Origin: Nemertoderma westbladi
Taxonomy: Eukaryota > Animalia > Xenacoelomorpha
NCBI GenBank assembly: GCA_032718475.1
Contig: JAUCBJ010007264.1
Span: 31,183 to 95,182, forward strand
Length of the DNA: 64,000 bases
Direction: 5' to 3'
Part shown: positions 24,621 through 37,622 of the stretch, piece after piece
Position numbering within the stretch: position 1 is the first letter of the stretch
Layout of the letters: each line of letters begins with the position of its first letter
Notes under the pieces: generated by a model
Database searches by the model: none
What the model saw: only the letters and a program-made list of their open reading frames with translations
Told to the model about the DNA's origin: nothing
Position numbers and translations under genes: made by a program

Positions 24621-24884
24621 TGGACGGATCCATACTGGATGTTGGACGGATCCATACTGGATGCTGGACGGATCCATACTGGATGTTGGACGGATCCATA
24701 CTGGATGTTGGACGGATCCATAATGGATGTTGGACGGATCCATACTGGATGTTGGACGGATCCATACTGGATGTTGGACGGATCCATACCGGATGTTGGA
24801 CAGATCCATACTGGATGTTGGACGGATCCATACTGGATGTTGGACGGATCTATACTGGATGTTGGACGGATCCGTACTGGATGT
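24621..24884. repeat. 22-bp minisatellite TGGACGGATCCATACTGGATGT x12
   Basis: Direct count: 264 bp. Confidence 0.95.
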
Positions 24885-25337
24885 CCTTATTTCTCAAACG
24901 TGTTTGTTTGTTTGGTTGTTTGGTTGTTTGTTTTGTACACACAACTTCTTGCACTTAATGTTGATGGATTTGGATGAAACTTTGATGATAGGTTCATTAT
25001 CGGACCTAGTTGTGTATGGAAGGTTTTGGTTACTAGGGACCTGTTGGTTGCCTAGCAACAGTGAAATTAATGACCGATCATAATCGTAGGATACACTCAA
25101 TCAAAATTTTGTCGACACCCCAAAAGGAGCACCTATTGGTCATGCTTTATGCGAAATTTCGCTTTATTTCATTTAGAATTGTAGGAGAAGATTACAATTT
25201 ACATACTGAATTTACATACCTTGTAGCTACAGTGGATGAAAAATATTTATAGATAAATCATCTACATTAATTGATAATACTATCACCATAGATAACATAA
25301 CTATTGACGTAGTCCGCATAATTAGTATCCAAGCAGA

Positions 25338-26079
25338 TTAGCAGTGACGGCCGCATTGGTACAAAGTGGATCCCATTAAATTCCAAGTGCCACTGTGCCA
25401 TTCCTCAGTTTCACTTTCATAATAACACTTCATGCCAGGGCAATCTTCCTTATATAGTTCGTTCTAACAAACAATAAATCATCACAAACAAAATTAATCG
25501 TAACAAACTAGTAATTTATCTAAACCTTAACATTATCCACCAAATCCCAATTTACTGTAGTATATCGATTTTGTATATAAACCGCAAGTACGAATAATTA
25601 TATTTGATATATTAATAATAGATATTGCCATATTGGGCTAAATAGGATCTGAAATCCTTATAGGGGGAAAGGAGCAGGTTACAGTGGAACGCTATTTTAA
25701 CCAAAACAATAAACTAGCACAATAGAACAGGTTACAGTTATATTTTTGAGAATAATCAGCTGTTATTTGCGTCGAATTTCCCGATTACTTTTACGTAATG
25801 AGGACACCCACTCACTACTCTTAAACAACAACAGCGTATACTACGAGAACGTATGGTAGTCGATTATCGCCTTGGATTATCCTATTTGAGATTCTTACCA
25901 ACCTGAGAGCAGCATTTTGTACAGGTGAGTTTATCTCCAAAGTGGCATTTCTGATTCCGCTCGGCAACGTCCAGGAATGCATCAGCCTCAGACTTGTTTA
26001 CCTCAGGGTGAGGGAGTTCCCGTCCAAGGGTCATACAGATGTGTAACAATACAACAGATAATATCAACATAGAGTTCAT
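25338..26079 (-). CDS. Secreted cysteine-rich peptide precursor, copy 1 (exons 26079-25903 and 25463-25338; 100 aa; 8 Cys in mature part)
   Basis: Signal MNSMLILSVVLLHICMTLG, propeptide ending VAER, mature NQKCHFGDKLTCTKCCSQ|NELYKEDCPGMKCYYESETEEWHSGTWNLMGSTLYQCGRHC*. Phase-0 GTTGGT donor and TGTTAG acceptor. Confidence 0.75.
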
Positions 26080-27170
26080 TTTGTATAGTTCTAACTTCAA
26101 CCTGGATTTGTTTTTACTATGTAAAAGATATACCAGTACTGTATACAACAAACTAGTTTTAATAGTAAAAAAATATTGTCTTATTTCGCAATAGCCTAAA
26201 TATTTATTTAGATGAGGCGATCTGACAATATCGCGTGGCTTTTGTCTGAGTTCTTTAATAATCGTAAATCATTATCCGAAATTGCAATATGTGACTTCAG
26301 TCAATTCTACTGTACTGTATTGCAGGGGGTACCGATAAAGGTGGTGGTGATACGGGTGTAATATACAGATATTGTGGTATTATCAGCCATTTTTATGCAA
26401 TAAATTATTTTCCGCGCAGCTCGCCAGATCGCCAGCGAGAGTTTTATTGTCTATAGTCTACGGATACTGGGCATTTGGTGGGTAGACCAAATAGTAGACC
26501 AGGCATAACATTGTAACTACGGTGGTCACAATAATGTGGGCCTAGTAATAAAGTAATCATGTAATAATTAAAGGTAGTCGGTTATAGTCGTAGTCTGATG
26601 AACATTCATTGTTAGCAAGACATGTGCTGTAATATTGCACATTAATTAAAATAGAATTCAGATTGATAAATCTAAATTAAATCGTATAATCAAGGTGCAA
26701 CATGAATTTAACATTAACTTACCGCAATACAATACAATACATGGCTTAGATTAATTTTTCCCATTAAATTTATAATGTTCATTTTGTGTTAATAATTGAT
26801 GTAATGTTTTGAAACAGGTAACTAACTCTCTGGGTTTGAACTTGACGACAACTGACATACCTAATTTCTTCGAATAAGAGCCTGGGCGTTTAAGTTTATA
26901 AATTGGGGAGCTGTTTATTCGAGGGGGACGTTTATTCGGGGAAGGCGTTGTGGTTGGAGTGGGGGGCAATTTTGTTTATATTCTAGATTTTCAGCATTTT
27001 GAATCTAACCTAATAAATAATTTTGTTAAATTCAAGAAAACAAGTTAAACAAATAAAATAATTCAAATAAAACCAGGATTATATTTATTGCACATACAGC
27101 CTACTACCGCGCTACAACACTCTACAGTATATTTACCTTCAGTCACATGACATTTGGCCCTATATATTAA

Positions 27171-27988
27171 CCCTTTCGGTACCTAACTGGAAATTATTTA
27201 AACCCCCAATTGCCCAACTCTAATTCATGAATTTCTGAAGTCTGTCAGTCTTTCTGTCAGTTTGTCTGTCAAGACTTTAGAAAGAATAAAATCTACTAAC
27301 ATTCTCGCTAAGGGGGTTTTCCTTGTCAAGGATTTCATTTCCGCTGTGAGTTTTCACTTTTGACCCTACCCAGACTGTCTGTCGGTCTGTCTGTCGGTCT
27401 GTCTGTCAGTCTGTCCGTCAAAAGTATAAGGAATCACATTAGCTAATTAAAATTCTTGCTATGGGGGTTTTCCTGGTCAAGGATTTCATTTCCGCCGTTA
27501 GTTTTCACTTTTAACCCTATGCAGACTGTCTGTCGGTCTGTCTGTCTGTCAGTATGTCCGTCGAATATATAAGGAATCACATTAGCTAATTAAAATTATC
27601 TCTATGGGGGTTTTCCTTGTGAAGGATTCATTTCCGCTGTCAGTTTTCACTTTTGACCCTATCCAGACTGTCTGTCGGTCTGTCTGTCGGTCAGGCTTTT
27701 TTGTTTAGGCTGTTTAGTCAGTTTATGCCTACCTTACTGCAGTACTGTTTTATTCTGTTATTGCTAAAGTCTGGCAGTCTGTAAGCAGGTCGGCAGTAGG
27801 CCTACCGGTAGTTAAATTACAGTAGATACAAGCTGAAATGCGCCGCTAACATATAGAAGCATGTACTTAATAATAATAGTCCAGCAACATTTTCCCTACT
27901 TAGATATCGAATAAATGTCATGGAACAGACGTGTGTGTCATGGCGCAATACCCATGGAACAGACGTATGTGCCATGGTACCGAAAGGG
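27171..27988. mobile_element. piggyBac-type non-autonomous element with three internal ~130-150-bp tandem units
   Basis: TIR CCCTTTCGGTACC / GGTACCGAAAGGG with TTAA on both sides. Clean empty TTAA site in the duplicate at 39555-39558. Confidence 0.92.
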
Positions 27989-28014
27989 TTAATGATAATC
28001 GTATCCGACAGTGA

Positions 28015-28222
28015 ATACTATGTCGGTGTATCTTTGGATTTTTGTAAAGCCTTCGAGACAGTAAACCACTAAATCCTGATACAAAAATGACAACGCTATG
28101 GGATCACTGATGTTGCCCTTGTCTGGATTACTAGCTACCTTACATATCGAGTGCAATATGTGACTATAGGTACAGCCAAATCAAACTATGCTACAATTGT
28201 AATAGGATTGCCACAAGGGTCG
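28015..28222 (+). mobile_element. CR1/L2-like LINE RT fragment (duplicate at ~39585-39787)
   Basis: LDFCKAF(E/D)TVNH*ILIQK..YGI..WITSYL..RVQYV..GLPQGS. Confidence 0.75.
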
Positions 28223-28399
28223 CCAGGCCCGTACCGTGCGGGGGGGGGGGGGGGGGGGCTTTGAGGGCACTGCCCCCCCAGACAAGACCCACTGCCCCCC
28301 CCCCCCAGTCATGTCTTGCCTTTTATTAACACGTCGTCATATTAGTCATGATATTGTTGGTAATCAATATTATTGGATTCACATACAGGTACTACTTCT

Positions 28400-30465
28400 A
28401 CCCACTGACCTGACTCCCCACCATTACTTTTGGTCAAATCTGCCTTGCCGCGGCATGACAAGTCCTCTCTGTTGCAACAGCCAAGTGTGAGATCCAGTTT
28501 CACACTACAGCTGAGCACCAGGTATGAGGCTCTTGCCTCTGAGGCGGCAGATCACTGTGAGGGCTATACTGTCTTTACAGAAGCAGTTAAGTTAGCAGCT
28601 GCAGAAACAGTTCCTGTATACCCTCGAAACAGGAAAAGGACCCCCTGGGCTGACAACAAAATTCAGAAGTGCCGAAATGACCTTCATAAGGCGCAGAAAG
28701 AGTCCCGACTCAAACAGACTACAGCGGCCAAGAATGCAGTTAAGGCTGCATCTAGGTCCCAAAAAAATCTAGGTCCTTTGAAAAGCTCCTAAATAATGAC
28801 AGGGTATTGCTTGATAACTTTATAGAAGTAAAAGTGTCGGAGTCTGTACTCCCAGATATTCCCATTGGTGATATCTCCTTTGCAGAAGTGAAGGCTGCTG
28901 CAAATAGCATTAAGACCAATCGTGCCAGTGGAGTAGATGGTGTTCCCCTTGAGGTCTTTAAAATACCTGAGTTTTTAAAGCTCATCTATCCCATCATAGT
29001 AGACATGTACCGAACAACAAGAGTCCCGCAAGAAATGAAAACAAATAAGTTGGTGCCAGTTCCCAAGAAGGGCAACCTAACACTCTATGGTTCTTTTCGG
29101 GGAAACTCATTGATCTCGATTGCTGCAAAGCTATACAATAGAATTCTATTAAATCGCATCAGGGATCCCATTGAGAGACTGCTCCGGGGAAATCAGAATG
29201 GGTTCCGTAAAGGTCGTGGGACCATGGAGCCCATTTTGGCACTTAGAAGGATAATTGAAGAGTTATCAAAAAAGAAAGACAGGTATCTTCTATCTGACTG
29301 TTATCTTTGTTGACTTCTTCAAGGCCTTTGATTCAGTCTCTCGCTCACGTATGTTCAGCATACTTTCATTATATGGGATTCCTGATGAAATTATTGCAGC
29401 AATCAGATAAGTATACGATGGTTCGACAACATTTGTGTCTACTGTTGACGGTGACACAGAACCATTTGAAGTGTTATGGGGCGTCCTCCAGGGAGACACA
29501 CTTGCACCATTCTTGTTCATAATTGTTGTTGACTATGTTCTACGCATGTCCTTAGATCATCATAATGATGATGGGGTGATGATAACTCCACCTACTGGCT
29601 CCAGAAGTCGAGGAAATCCTGCCAAGTGCCTAACTGATCTAGACTTTGCTGATGACTTAGGAATACTCTCAGAATCACTAGAGGGAGCCCAACGGCTCCT
29701 CAGCGCATTAGAACATGCTGCTTCTAGTGTTGGTCTTTATATTAACTCCAGAAAGACCAAAATTTTGACAGTTAACTTTGAAAGTCCTCAGCAAGTCTCT
29801 GGTCGGATGAGCATAAGCTCAAAGGATGGTATACTTGAGCATGTGGACAACGTCTGTTACCTGGGATCATGGATCCGGAAGTCAGGTGAGGACCTTCGAA
29901 TACGTAAGGGAAAGGCATGGGCAGCCTTGAATAGGCTTTCCAGGATTTGGAAGTCACCGAGAATTAATCGGAAACTTAAGGTCCGATTATTTAGAGCAGC
30001 AGTAGTTCCAGTACTCCTCTATGGGAGTCCATGCTGGGCTCTAACTTCTAAGGACACCAAATCTCTGGATGGCACATTCACAAGAATGCTACGCCGGGTT
30101 CATTGTGTCAAGTACAATGCACACATCTCCAACCAGACACTATATAACATTGGAGGTGTCTCATTGGTTCCCACAAGCTTGATACTAGAATAAAATCGCC
30201 TGCGCTTTGCAGGACATTGCTTTCGCCGTGAGGATCAGCCAGTGCATAATCTTGTACTTTGGCAGCCTCATGGAGTGAATAAGCATGGTCGACAGCCCAT
30301 GACTTTCTTGAGACGCATCTTAAAGGACACTGGCCTTGAAGATGAGGATGATCTAGCAAATGTCATGGGTGATAGGGAGTTGTGGCGGTGCAATTTTGTC
30401 GATAAGCCGGCACAGCATTCTTAAAAATGCAGCTGCAATGCAGCATGCCGATCCTAGTAGTAGTA
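28400..30465 (+). mobile_element. RTE-clade LINE, 5'-truncated, disrupted RT, (TAG)n tail
   Basis: ASGVDGVP, PVPKKG, QNGFRKGRGT, FVDFFKAFDS, GVLQGDTLAPFLF, LDFADDL, YLGS; frameshifts and stops. Confidence 0.93.
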
Positions 30466-31559
30466 TGCAATAATTATTGATTGTACCAAATAATAGCAAA
30501 TAGTTCGGACACTGTTTTTCGAGAGCAAACCGTATTTTTTATCTTTTGTAAAACAAAGCAAATTCCTTACAATTTGTCATTTTTAGTTTATTTAATTGGA
30601 AATTTACATTTTTTACATACATACAGTACTGTACATGGCAAAATACCACAATGACAATTCTACTGACAGAAAGCTGGAATTGAAAAACAAAGTATGTTTT
30701 CAGTATCGTAGCGTCTTGGACCACGGGATTGTGGTGGGGACTACTGTATATCTCATTGATCTGTTTCCTCTTCCACATTGGAGTTAAGTTTAAATATGAA
30801 GCGAGTTTGAAAGCTGTCGTTCGCGGCGAATACATGCTAAAATCGAGTTATATTGGTGTTGTAAGGGTCTAAGCCACGATTCTAAGTAAAACAAATTCCT
30901 TTTTATCATATGGCCATTTCGTGTATTAACACACGTTTTCAGTGATATAAATATATATTAAAATGTTTACAGAATTTACATATTAAAATAAGTACGTACG
31001 CGGTTAAATTTAATTGAATAATACTGTAAAAGATACTAATTTATACGAGGCTATCGTACAGTACATGCCTGGTTATTTTCGGATGAACAATCGATAAAAT
31101 GCGAAGTGTGAATAAAATATGAGCAGTGGTAAAAAGAGAGATTAGGCTGACATGGAGGATAAGTTAAATTAAAATAGGTAAGGAAAATAAAGTTAATATA
31201 TAATAATGTGATACTTTTCGGATGAACATTCGATAAAATGCGAAGATACAATTAATTAAGTTAAAATAATTAAATATAAATAAAAAGATTTACGGCAATT
31301 CAGGTATGGACGGCTAGGAAGGTACAATTAAATAAAATGAAATAAAGTGAAATGAAATAAAATATTATTTAAAACATGAGCAGACAATCGATAAAATTCA
31401 TAAAATGAGATAAAGTTGATAGATGACACCACAATGCTGGAATAAATTACTGCAGGTCTAGCAGCTGTTGAAACGAGCCGCAAACAATAATAAAATATAT
31501 AATATAATATAACACCACCATTGAAGTTACGCTATTGTTATACAAAGTGAATCGAGTTA

Positions 31560-32860
31560 CAAAAAGCAGAATGATTAGTATAATGGTGGAATAACTTTGT
31601 TGAGGGGAGGGCGGTGTAAATTAATAAGGATGGCTTCGGTGTGAATACGCCGGTGGTGATTACGAAATTGCTGTACGCACGTAACAGTATATTTCCGACA
31701 CTGGGCGAAGTGTTCCAGAAGGATGACTTCTGGGTTGCTGGTCACCACGTTCGGTTTGTTGGGTTTAGGAGGGGCAGTTAGGGACTTCCGATATTCTTGG
31801 ATATTCTCCCGGTGCTTGTTGAGTCGTTTGTGGAGGTGCTGCTCAGTTTGGCCGAGGTAGAACTGGTGTTCCTTTCAAGTTAATATGTACAAAACGTTAT
31901 GTGACTTACAGTTGAACCGGCCTCGAATACGGTCTCCCCATCATGGTGTGTGTGAGAGGTCGTTAATCACTGGGCATGTTAGACACCGAGATTGACCACA
32001 TGGGTGGTTGCCAAATGCTAGGGTTGGTTCTCGTTTTCGTATAAGTAATTTACCCAAACTACAGTAGGTTCGTTACGTGGTACAGTTTTTATCGAAAGCC
32101 CGTGGGCGTGAAGGCGTTTGTTATGCCTACTGGTAACCGCGTTGATTGTGGGAAGAAATTGTGGCGTGGTTGGTAAATACACTATTTGTTCGCTAGGTGG
32201 CGCAGGTAGTATTTTAGGCTGTTTAATTTGGGGGAGGGCAGGTGATGGGTCCCAAGCGTACATAGTTAGAAGGAAGTTAAGGGGATAGCCACGCAATTTA
32301 CATTTGTCCAAGTATTGGTGCCTATAGACCCTAAAAACTGAATGCGAGTCAGTCAAACGCCGAATTCGAAGTACTTCAGATTTCACAATAGCCAGGAGGG
32401 CAGGTTTATGGTGGAAGCTGGCGTATGCTATCGGGAGTTTGTTAGACATAGGTTTTCGGTATAGGTGAGTGGAAAGGTCACGCCCTTTGGCTTGGATAGT
32501 AATGTCTAAATAATTGATTGATTTTCTTGATGAATTAAATGTAAATTGTATCGCATTGCAGCCATACAGGTGGCTACATGCTGTATTGAAAGCGGTTTCT
32601 ACATTGTTCAATTCTGCTTCCGTCATCCAGAAGTTAAATATGCCAAGGCTGTCGTCTACTAATGTCCGGAAGTAATATGGCGTGTACAGTGAGGTGTTAA
32701 TAGCCCGTTTAATGACGCGGTAGGAGGTTAATACTGCATAGTCACCGCTGTGACTCCCGCCCATGGGCGCGCCTGCTACCTGTAAGTAAAATCCCTCCTT
32801 ATATTTGAAGTAGTTATTTAATGAATACATATTATTCTAGAAAGTTAAATATTAATCCAG
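31560..32860 (-). mobile_element. Penelope-like element fragment (RT followed by GIY-YIG endonuclease)
   Basis: QVAGAPMG, RTLVDD, IQFT..INYLDI..LYRKP..SFH; downstream NCKSHNVLYIL..FYLGQTEQHLHKRLNKHR. Confidence 0.88.
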
Positions 32861-33096
32861 AATACAGAATCAGAATACTGAACTGTGTACCGACTGTTGT
32901 AGAAACCACTGTAGCCTTGTAAGCCTGGCCCAGGATGTTAATTAATAATAATAAGTTAAGTGTTGTGGGGTGAGTGACGCGGTGTATTAAATATATTATA
33001 ATGTAAATAGGACAATATGATAATGGTCTCCTTATCGAAAAATATCAAATACTTAATTACAGTATAATAATTACAGTTGATATATATTTCTTATTA

Positions 33097-33720
33097 TTAA
33101 TTAACTAAGTAGATATTATCACACAATGAGCAAATGGCAATAACGGCAGCGGAATTATTGAGGAACAACTCATCCTGATGGAATTGGAGAGAGCCGGTGC
33201 AGCCTGTCTCCGAATGCACTGTGTACACAGTTGCTAGACTACGGTTCACTAACTCCAAGGTAACTAGAGTCTCCCCGAAGCGTAGTCCGCAGTTATTGCA
33301 CAGAATAGTTGAAGTCGTCTGGGTCAACGGAAACACCCTACAGACGGGACACCGTACGACGCCATCGCTGTTATCGGCGGATAATAAAGAGGAGTTTATT
33401 ATACGCTCCTCTTCCTCCAAGAACTCCTCTATTATATTGTTTTCTTCCGGAGTTAGTTGATAATCCTCGTCTAAGCTCGGGGACCACTCTGTGGGGGAGA
33501 AGAGCTGACAGCGTAGATTCCGCACTTCGACGTCGACAATCCGCCGGATTCGGTCCGGACTCGGCGGGGTGTAACCGCCCCGGAAGTCTTCCACTCGGGC
33601 GCGTCGGGCTGCGTGGATTCGCCTCGCGCAAACTCGTCGCAACTCGCTCCGCCATTTGTGAACCCCACCACCGCGACGGTTGCTATATAAAGTTTTATGT
33701 TTATCGTCTAAGTTTTCCAT
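33097..33720 (-). CDS. RPAIN: RPA-interacting protein (RIP/RPAIN), single exon, 207 aa
   Basis: N-terminal HKTLY..KWRSELRRVCARRIHAARRARVEDFR, acidic middle, C-terminal CPVC..CNNC..H..GC..LQF..CSLCD zinc-binding region. Confidence 0.88.
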   Translation of the reverse strand: MENLDDKHKTLYSNRRGGGVHKWRSELRRVCARRIHAARRARVEDFRGGYTPPSPDRIRRIVDVEVRNLRCQLFSPTEWSPSLDEDYQLTPEENNIIEEFLEEEERIINSSLLSADNSDGVVRCPVCRVFPLTQTTSTILCNNCGLRFGETLVTLELVNRSLATVYTVHSETGCTGSLQFHQDELFLNNSAAVIAICSLCDNIYLVN

Positions 33721-34082
33721 AATCGAATAATGCGTAGGCCTTCTTGGTTTTGTTTGCTTACGGCATGATGCAGCAGTGGGAGTGGGACCAGTAACAGTAA
33801 CTAAACTGTAACAGTAGGCCTACTCGTCTGATTATCGTTAAATTATAAGCAACATTATAAATATAGTTTACAACAGTGGTTGATATATAAACCATTCAGC
33901 AGCTTTATTTAACTACGGTAATTACTACTAAAAAACGTGGGAATAAAAAAACTAAAATAATGGATGAACCAGTGATGTGGGTATAGAACAACGATAAGGA
34001 AGGATTCTATTTATTTATGTACTTCGAAATTATATTTATGTATAATATTTTTATTCTTAAATTGTTACCTTTTCTTCCGAAT

Positions 34083-34368
34083 AGCAAAGCGGAGGCGATT
34101 TTGTTCTAGTGTCAAGCTTGAGGGAACCAATGAGACACCTCCAATGTTATATAATGTCTCGTTGGACATGTGTGCATTGTACTTGACACAATGAACCCGG
34201 CGTAGCATTCTTGTGAATGTGCCATCCAGAGATTTGGTGTCCTCAGCAGTTAGAGCCCAGCATGGACTCCCATAGAGGAGTACTGGAACTACTGCTGCTC
34301 TAAATAATCGGACATTAAGTTTCCGATTAAATCTCTGTGACTTCGAAATCCTGGAAAGCCTATTCAAG
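34083..34368 (-). mobile_element. Short internal RTE fragment
   Basis: Near-identical to 29928-30212. Confidence 0.85.
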
Positions 34369-34369
34369 C

Positions 34370-34800
34370 CAAGGAAGTTAAGGAGTGTGATTCTAACCTT
34401 AGTGAGAGTCGATAGGGGCGATATGTGGTTTGCGTTCTTTAAATAAAGTCCACGGTTTAATCTCCGCTCTGTCTACCAGTTTAAGGAGAGACTGCTCTTC
34501 GAAATCGCTGCGTTTTGATTTAATAACCTGTTTGTAGGTTTTCCAAAGGTTCCAATATGATTTGGTGTGTGTCAGATAGTTTCCGGTTTTTCATAGCAGA
34601 CGATAGAGCTTCTTTAAGTTCCTGGCATTCCAGGTCATACCATGGTTTACAATGATTCTTGCGCGAAGGTAATAGAGTTGCTGAGTCAGTCAGTGCCTCG
34701 TTAAGCAATGCAGTCGCATTATCTACATCATTGGAAAAGAGTATCATTAATTAATGGTAGGTTGCGGTGATGCCGGAAGATTTCAGAGTTTAACTTCCGT
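34370..34800 (-). mobile_element. Degenerate LINE EN-RT linker fragment
   Basis: KPWYDLECQELK motif typical of LINE ORF2 linkers. Confidence 0.45.
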
Positions 34801-36987
34801 GTGAATCGCAGGAGGTAGAATATCTGATCCTATAACCAATCAGGAGAAAGAGATATAATATCTACTTAACTGTCTGTTAGGTAAATAGCCTACTACTACT
34901 ACTACTACTACTACTATGATCGGCATGCTGCATTGTAGCTGCATTTTTAAGAATGCTGTGCCGGCTTGTCGACAAAATTGCGCCGCCACAACTCCCTATC
35001 ACACATGACATTTGCTAGATCATCCGCATCTTCAAGGCCAGTGTCCTTTAAGATGCGTCTCAAGAAAGTCATGGGCTGTCCACCATGCTTATTCACTCCA
35101 TGAGGCTGCCAAAGTACAATATTATATGCACTGGCTGGTCCTCACGGCGAAAGCAATGTCCTGCAAAGCGGTGGCGATTTTCTTCTAGTGTCAAGCTTGG
35201 GGGAACCAATGAGACACATCCAATGTTATATAGTGTCTGGTTGGAGGTGTGTGCATTGTACTTGACACAATGAACCCGGCGTAGCATTCTTGTGAATGTG
35301 CCATCCAGAGATTTGGTGTCCTCAGCAGTTAGAGCCCAGCATGGACTCCCATAGAGGAGTACTGGAACTACTGCTGCTCTATATAATCGGACCTTAAGTT
35401 TCCGATTAATTCTTGGTGACTTCCAAATCCTGGAAAGCCTATTCAAGGCTGCCCATGCCTTTCCCTTACGGATACGGATAGGGGATCACGTTTCACGTTG
35501 CCATGTTACGTATCAGTATCATCATATGACATGACATTAGTTGTGAACGGCAACATACATGACAGGGAACCGCATGTGATGGGATTAGTCCTACAATTGC
35601 GCCAATAAAAAATAAGTTATTTTCGGTAAAATAAACTTATCATTCGAGGTAAAGACCCCTAGATCCCTTCCTATAATAAATCAGAAGTAAGGGTACAACT
35701 GTATCACATTGTACTGAGTATATATAACTAGGTGCACCTTTTACGGAAGATGGTAAGATGTCTTCAGTCATAAATATCCAGGTAAAACGCTGTGAGGATG
35801 CGGCCAATAAATTCGCGATTTTCTGTGCGGAAACATGCCCTTTGCCTTGAAACGTGCTGGAAGGTGCCTTACTTGCGACGGTATTTTACAGGTGCGAAGC
35901 CTGGTTGAGCTCTAATGTTAAAACAATTGAGCGTCTATATATGAAGATGATTGAATGCCTGTTGGGGGTAAGAATACAAACTCCGAACGATATGTGTCTA
36001 GTCGAATTAGGAATGCCATATGCTCTGGATAGGATTCGGGAAGCGCAAAAACGTTTCGGACAAAAGATGCTAAAGTTAGCTAACAGTGATATAGCGTATG
36101 TACAAGTGATGGAGATCTGTAAAAATGCTAACACTAAGGGTTTTAAACACCTAGAGGCTGTTGGACAACAGTCTGAAAATGGGACAAGATGCAAAGCAAT
36201 TGACAATATAGAATTGAAGCCCAGTTCAGCTACCAAGTTTCAGACATACAGTACTTAAAGACATTGAATGTAGATAGCACTGTACACAACACCAAACTAC
36301 ATCCCCGATTATAAGCGGAAGGCATTTAGTCGGCTCCGCCTTATCTCGCACAACCTACGCATTGAAACGGGACGATGGAGTAGAACAGTCCGAGAGGAAC
36401 GTGTGTGTGTGTGTGATGGCGTTTCTGTTCAGGATGAATCACATGTGCTACTGTCGTGCCCAATTACTGAGACAGTGAGGGGGGAAACCGTCGATCTGTG
36501 TTTTGCGAGTATTGGGAATCTTTTTGGGTCTAAGAACTGTGTAAGCCTGTGTAATTATGTAGATAGGGTTTTTGATTGCATCCGTAGGTAAAAGGTAAGT
36601 AGGGTAGCCTCATCCGAAGAGGTTTGGCAACCTCATCGATTTATACTAAGCCTGTGTAGAAATCCATTACATAAGGCATTATTCATCATCAACACCAGAT
36701 TTTATTGGTGATATTTTACCATTGCGTCTATGGCACGTTTCGTTTATTTCATTTTTTGCAAAAACTGATGACTGTATTTTTCTGAAAATTGCTTTATACA
36801 CCCATTCAGACCATACACTACAGGAGGGTACTAAAAACAACACAATTGACCGGATAGTTTCGGAGCCTTTCGTGTGACAAACAGACAGTCAGACAAACAA
36901 ACAGACATGATTTTCTTACAGTAAGTAAATCTGAAGATTTAAAAAGAAAATAATACAGCCTTTGCTGCAATATTTTGGTAAATCTTT

Positions 36988-37163
36988 TGGACGGATCCAT
37001 ACTGGATGTTGGACGGATCCATACTGGATGTTGGACGAATCCATACTGGATGTTGGACGGATCCATACTGGATGTTGGACGGATCCATACCGGATGTTGG
37101 ACAGATCCATACTGGATGTTGGACGGATCCATACTGGATGTTGGACGGATCCGTACTGGATGT
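36988..37163. repeat. 22-bp minisatellite x8
   Basis: Same unit as 24621-24884; 176 bp. Confidence 0.95.
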
Positions 37164-37622
37164 CCTTATTTCTCACACGTGTTTGTTTGTTTGTTTTTTG
37201 TTTGTTTGTGTGTTTGTTTGTACACACAACTTCTTGCACTTAATGTTGATGGATTTGGATAAAACTTTGATGATAGGTTCATTATCGGATCTAGTTGTGT
37301 ATGGAAGGTTTTGGTTACTAGGGACCTGTTGGTTGCCTAGCAACAGTGAAATTAATGACCGATCATAATCGTAGGATACACTCAATCAAAATTTTGTCGA
37401 CACCCCATAAGGAGCACCTATTGGTCATGCTTTATGCGAAATTTCGCTTTATTTCATTTAGAATTGTAGGAGAAGATTACAATTTACATACTGAATTTAC
37501 ATACCTTGTAGCTACAGTGGATGAAAAATATTTATAGATAAATCATCTACATTAATTTATAATACTATCACCATAGATAACATAACTATTGACGTAGTCC
37601 GCATAATTAGTATCCAAGCAGA

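Larger units (their letters stand above)
21995..28485 (+). repeat. Segmental duplication, copy 1 (copy 2 at ~34890-40052, direct orientation)
   Basis: Same order and identical junctions of RTE fragment, LINE fragment, 22-bp minisatellite, peptide gene and CR1 fragment. Confidence 0.93.

Noticed and set aside
24621-24884. CRISPR-like array, and repetitive ORFs (MDPSNIQYGSVQHPVWIRPTSS) here and at 36988-37163
   Set aside because: Head-to-tail 22-bp units with no unique spacers, no cas genes and eukaryotic context; the ORFs are artefacts of a stop-free repeat.
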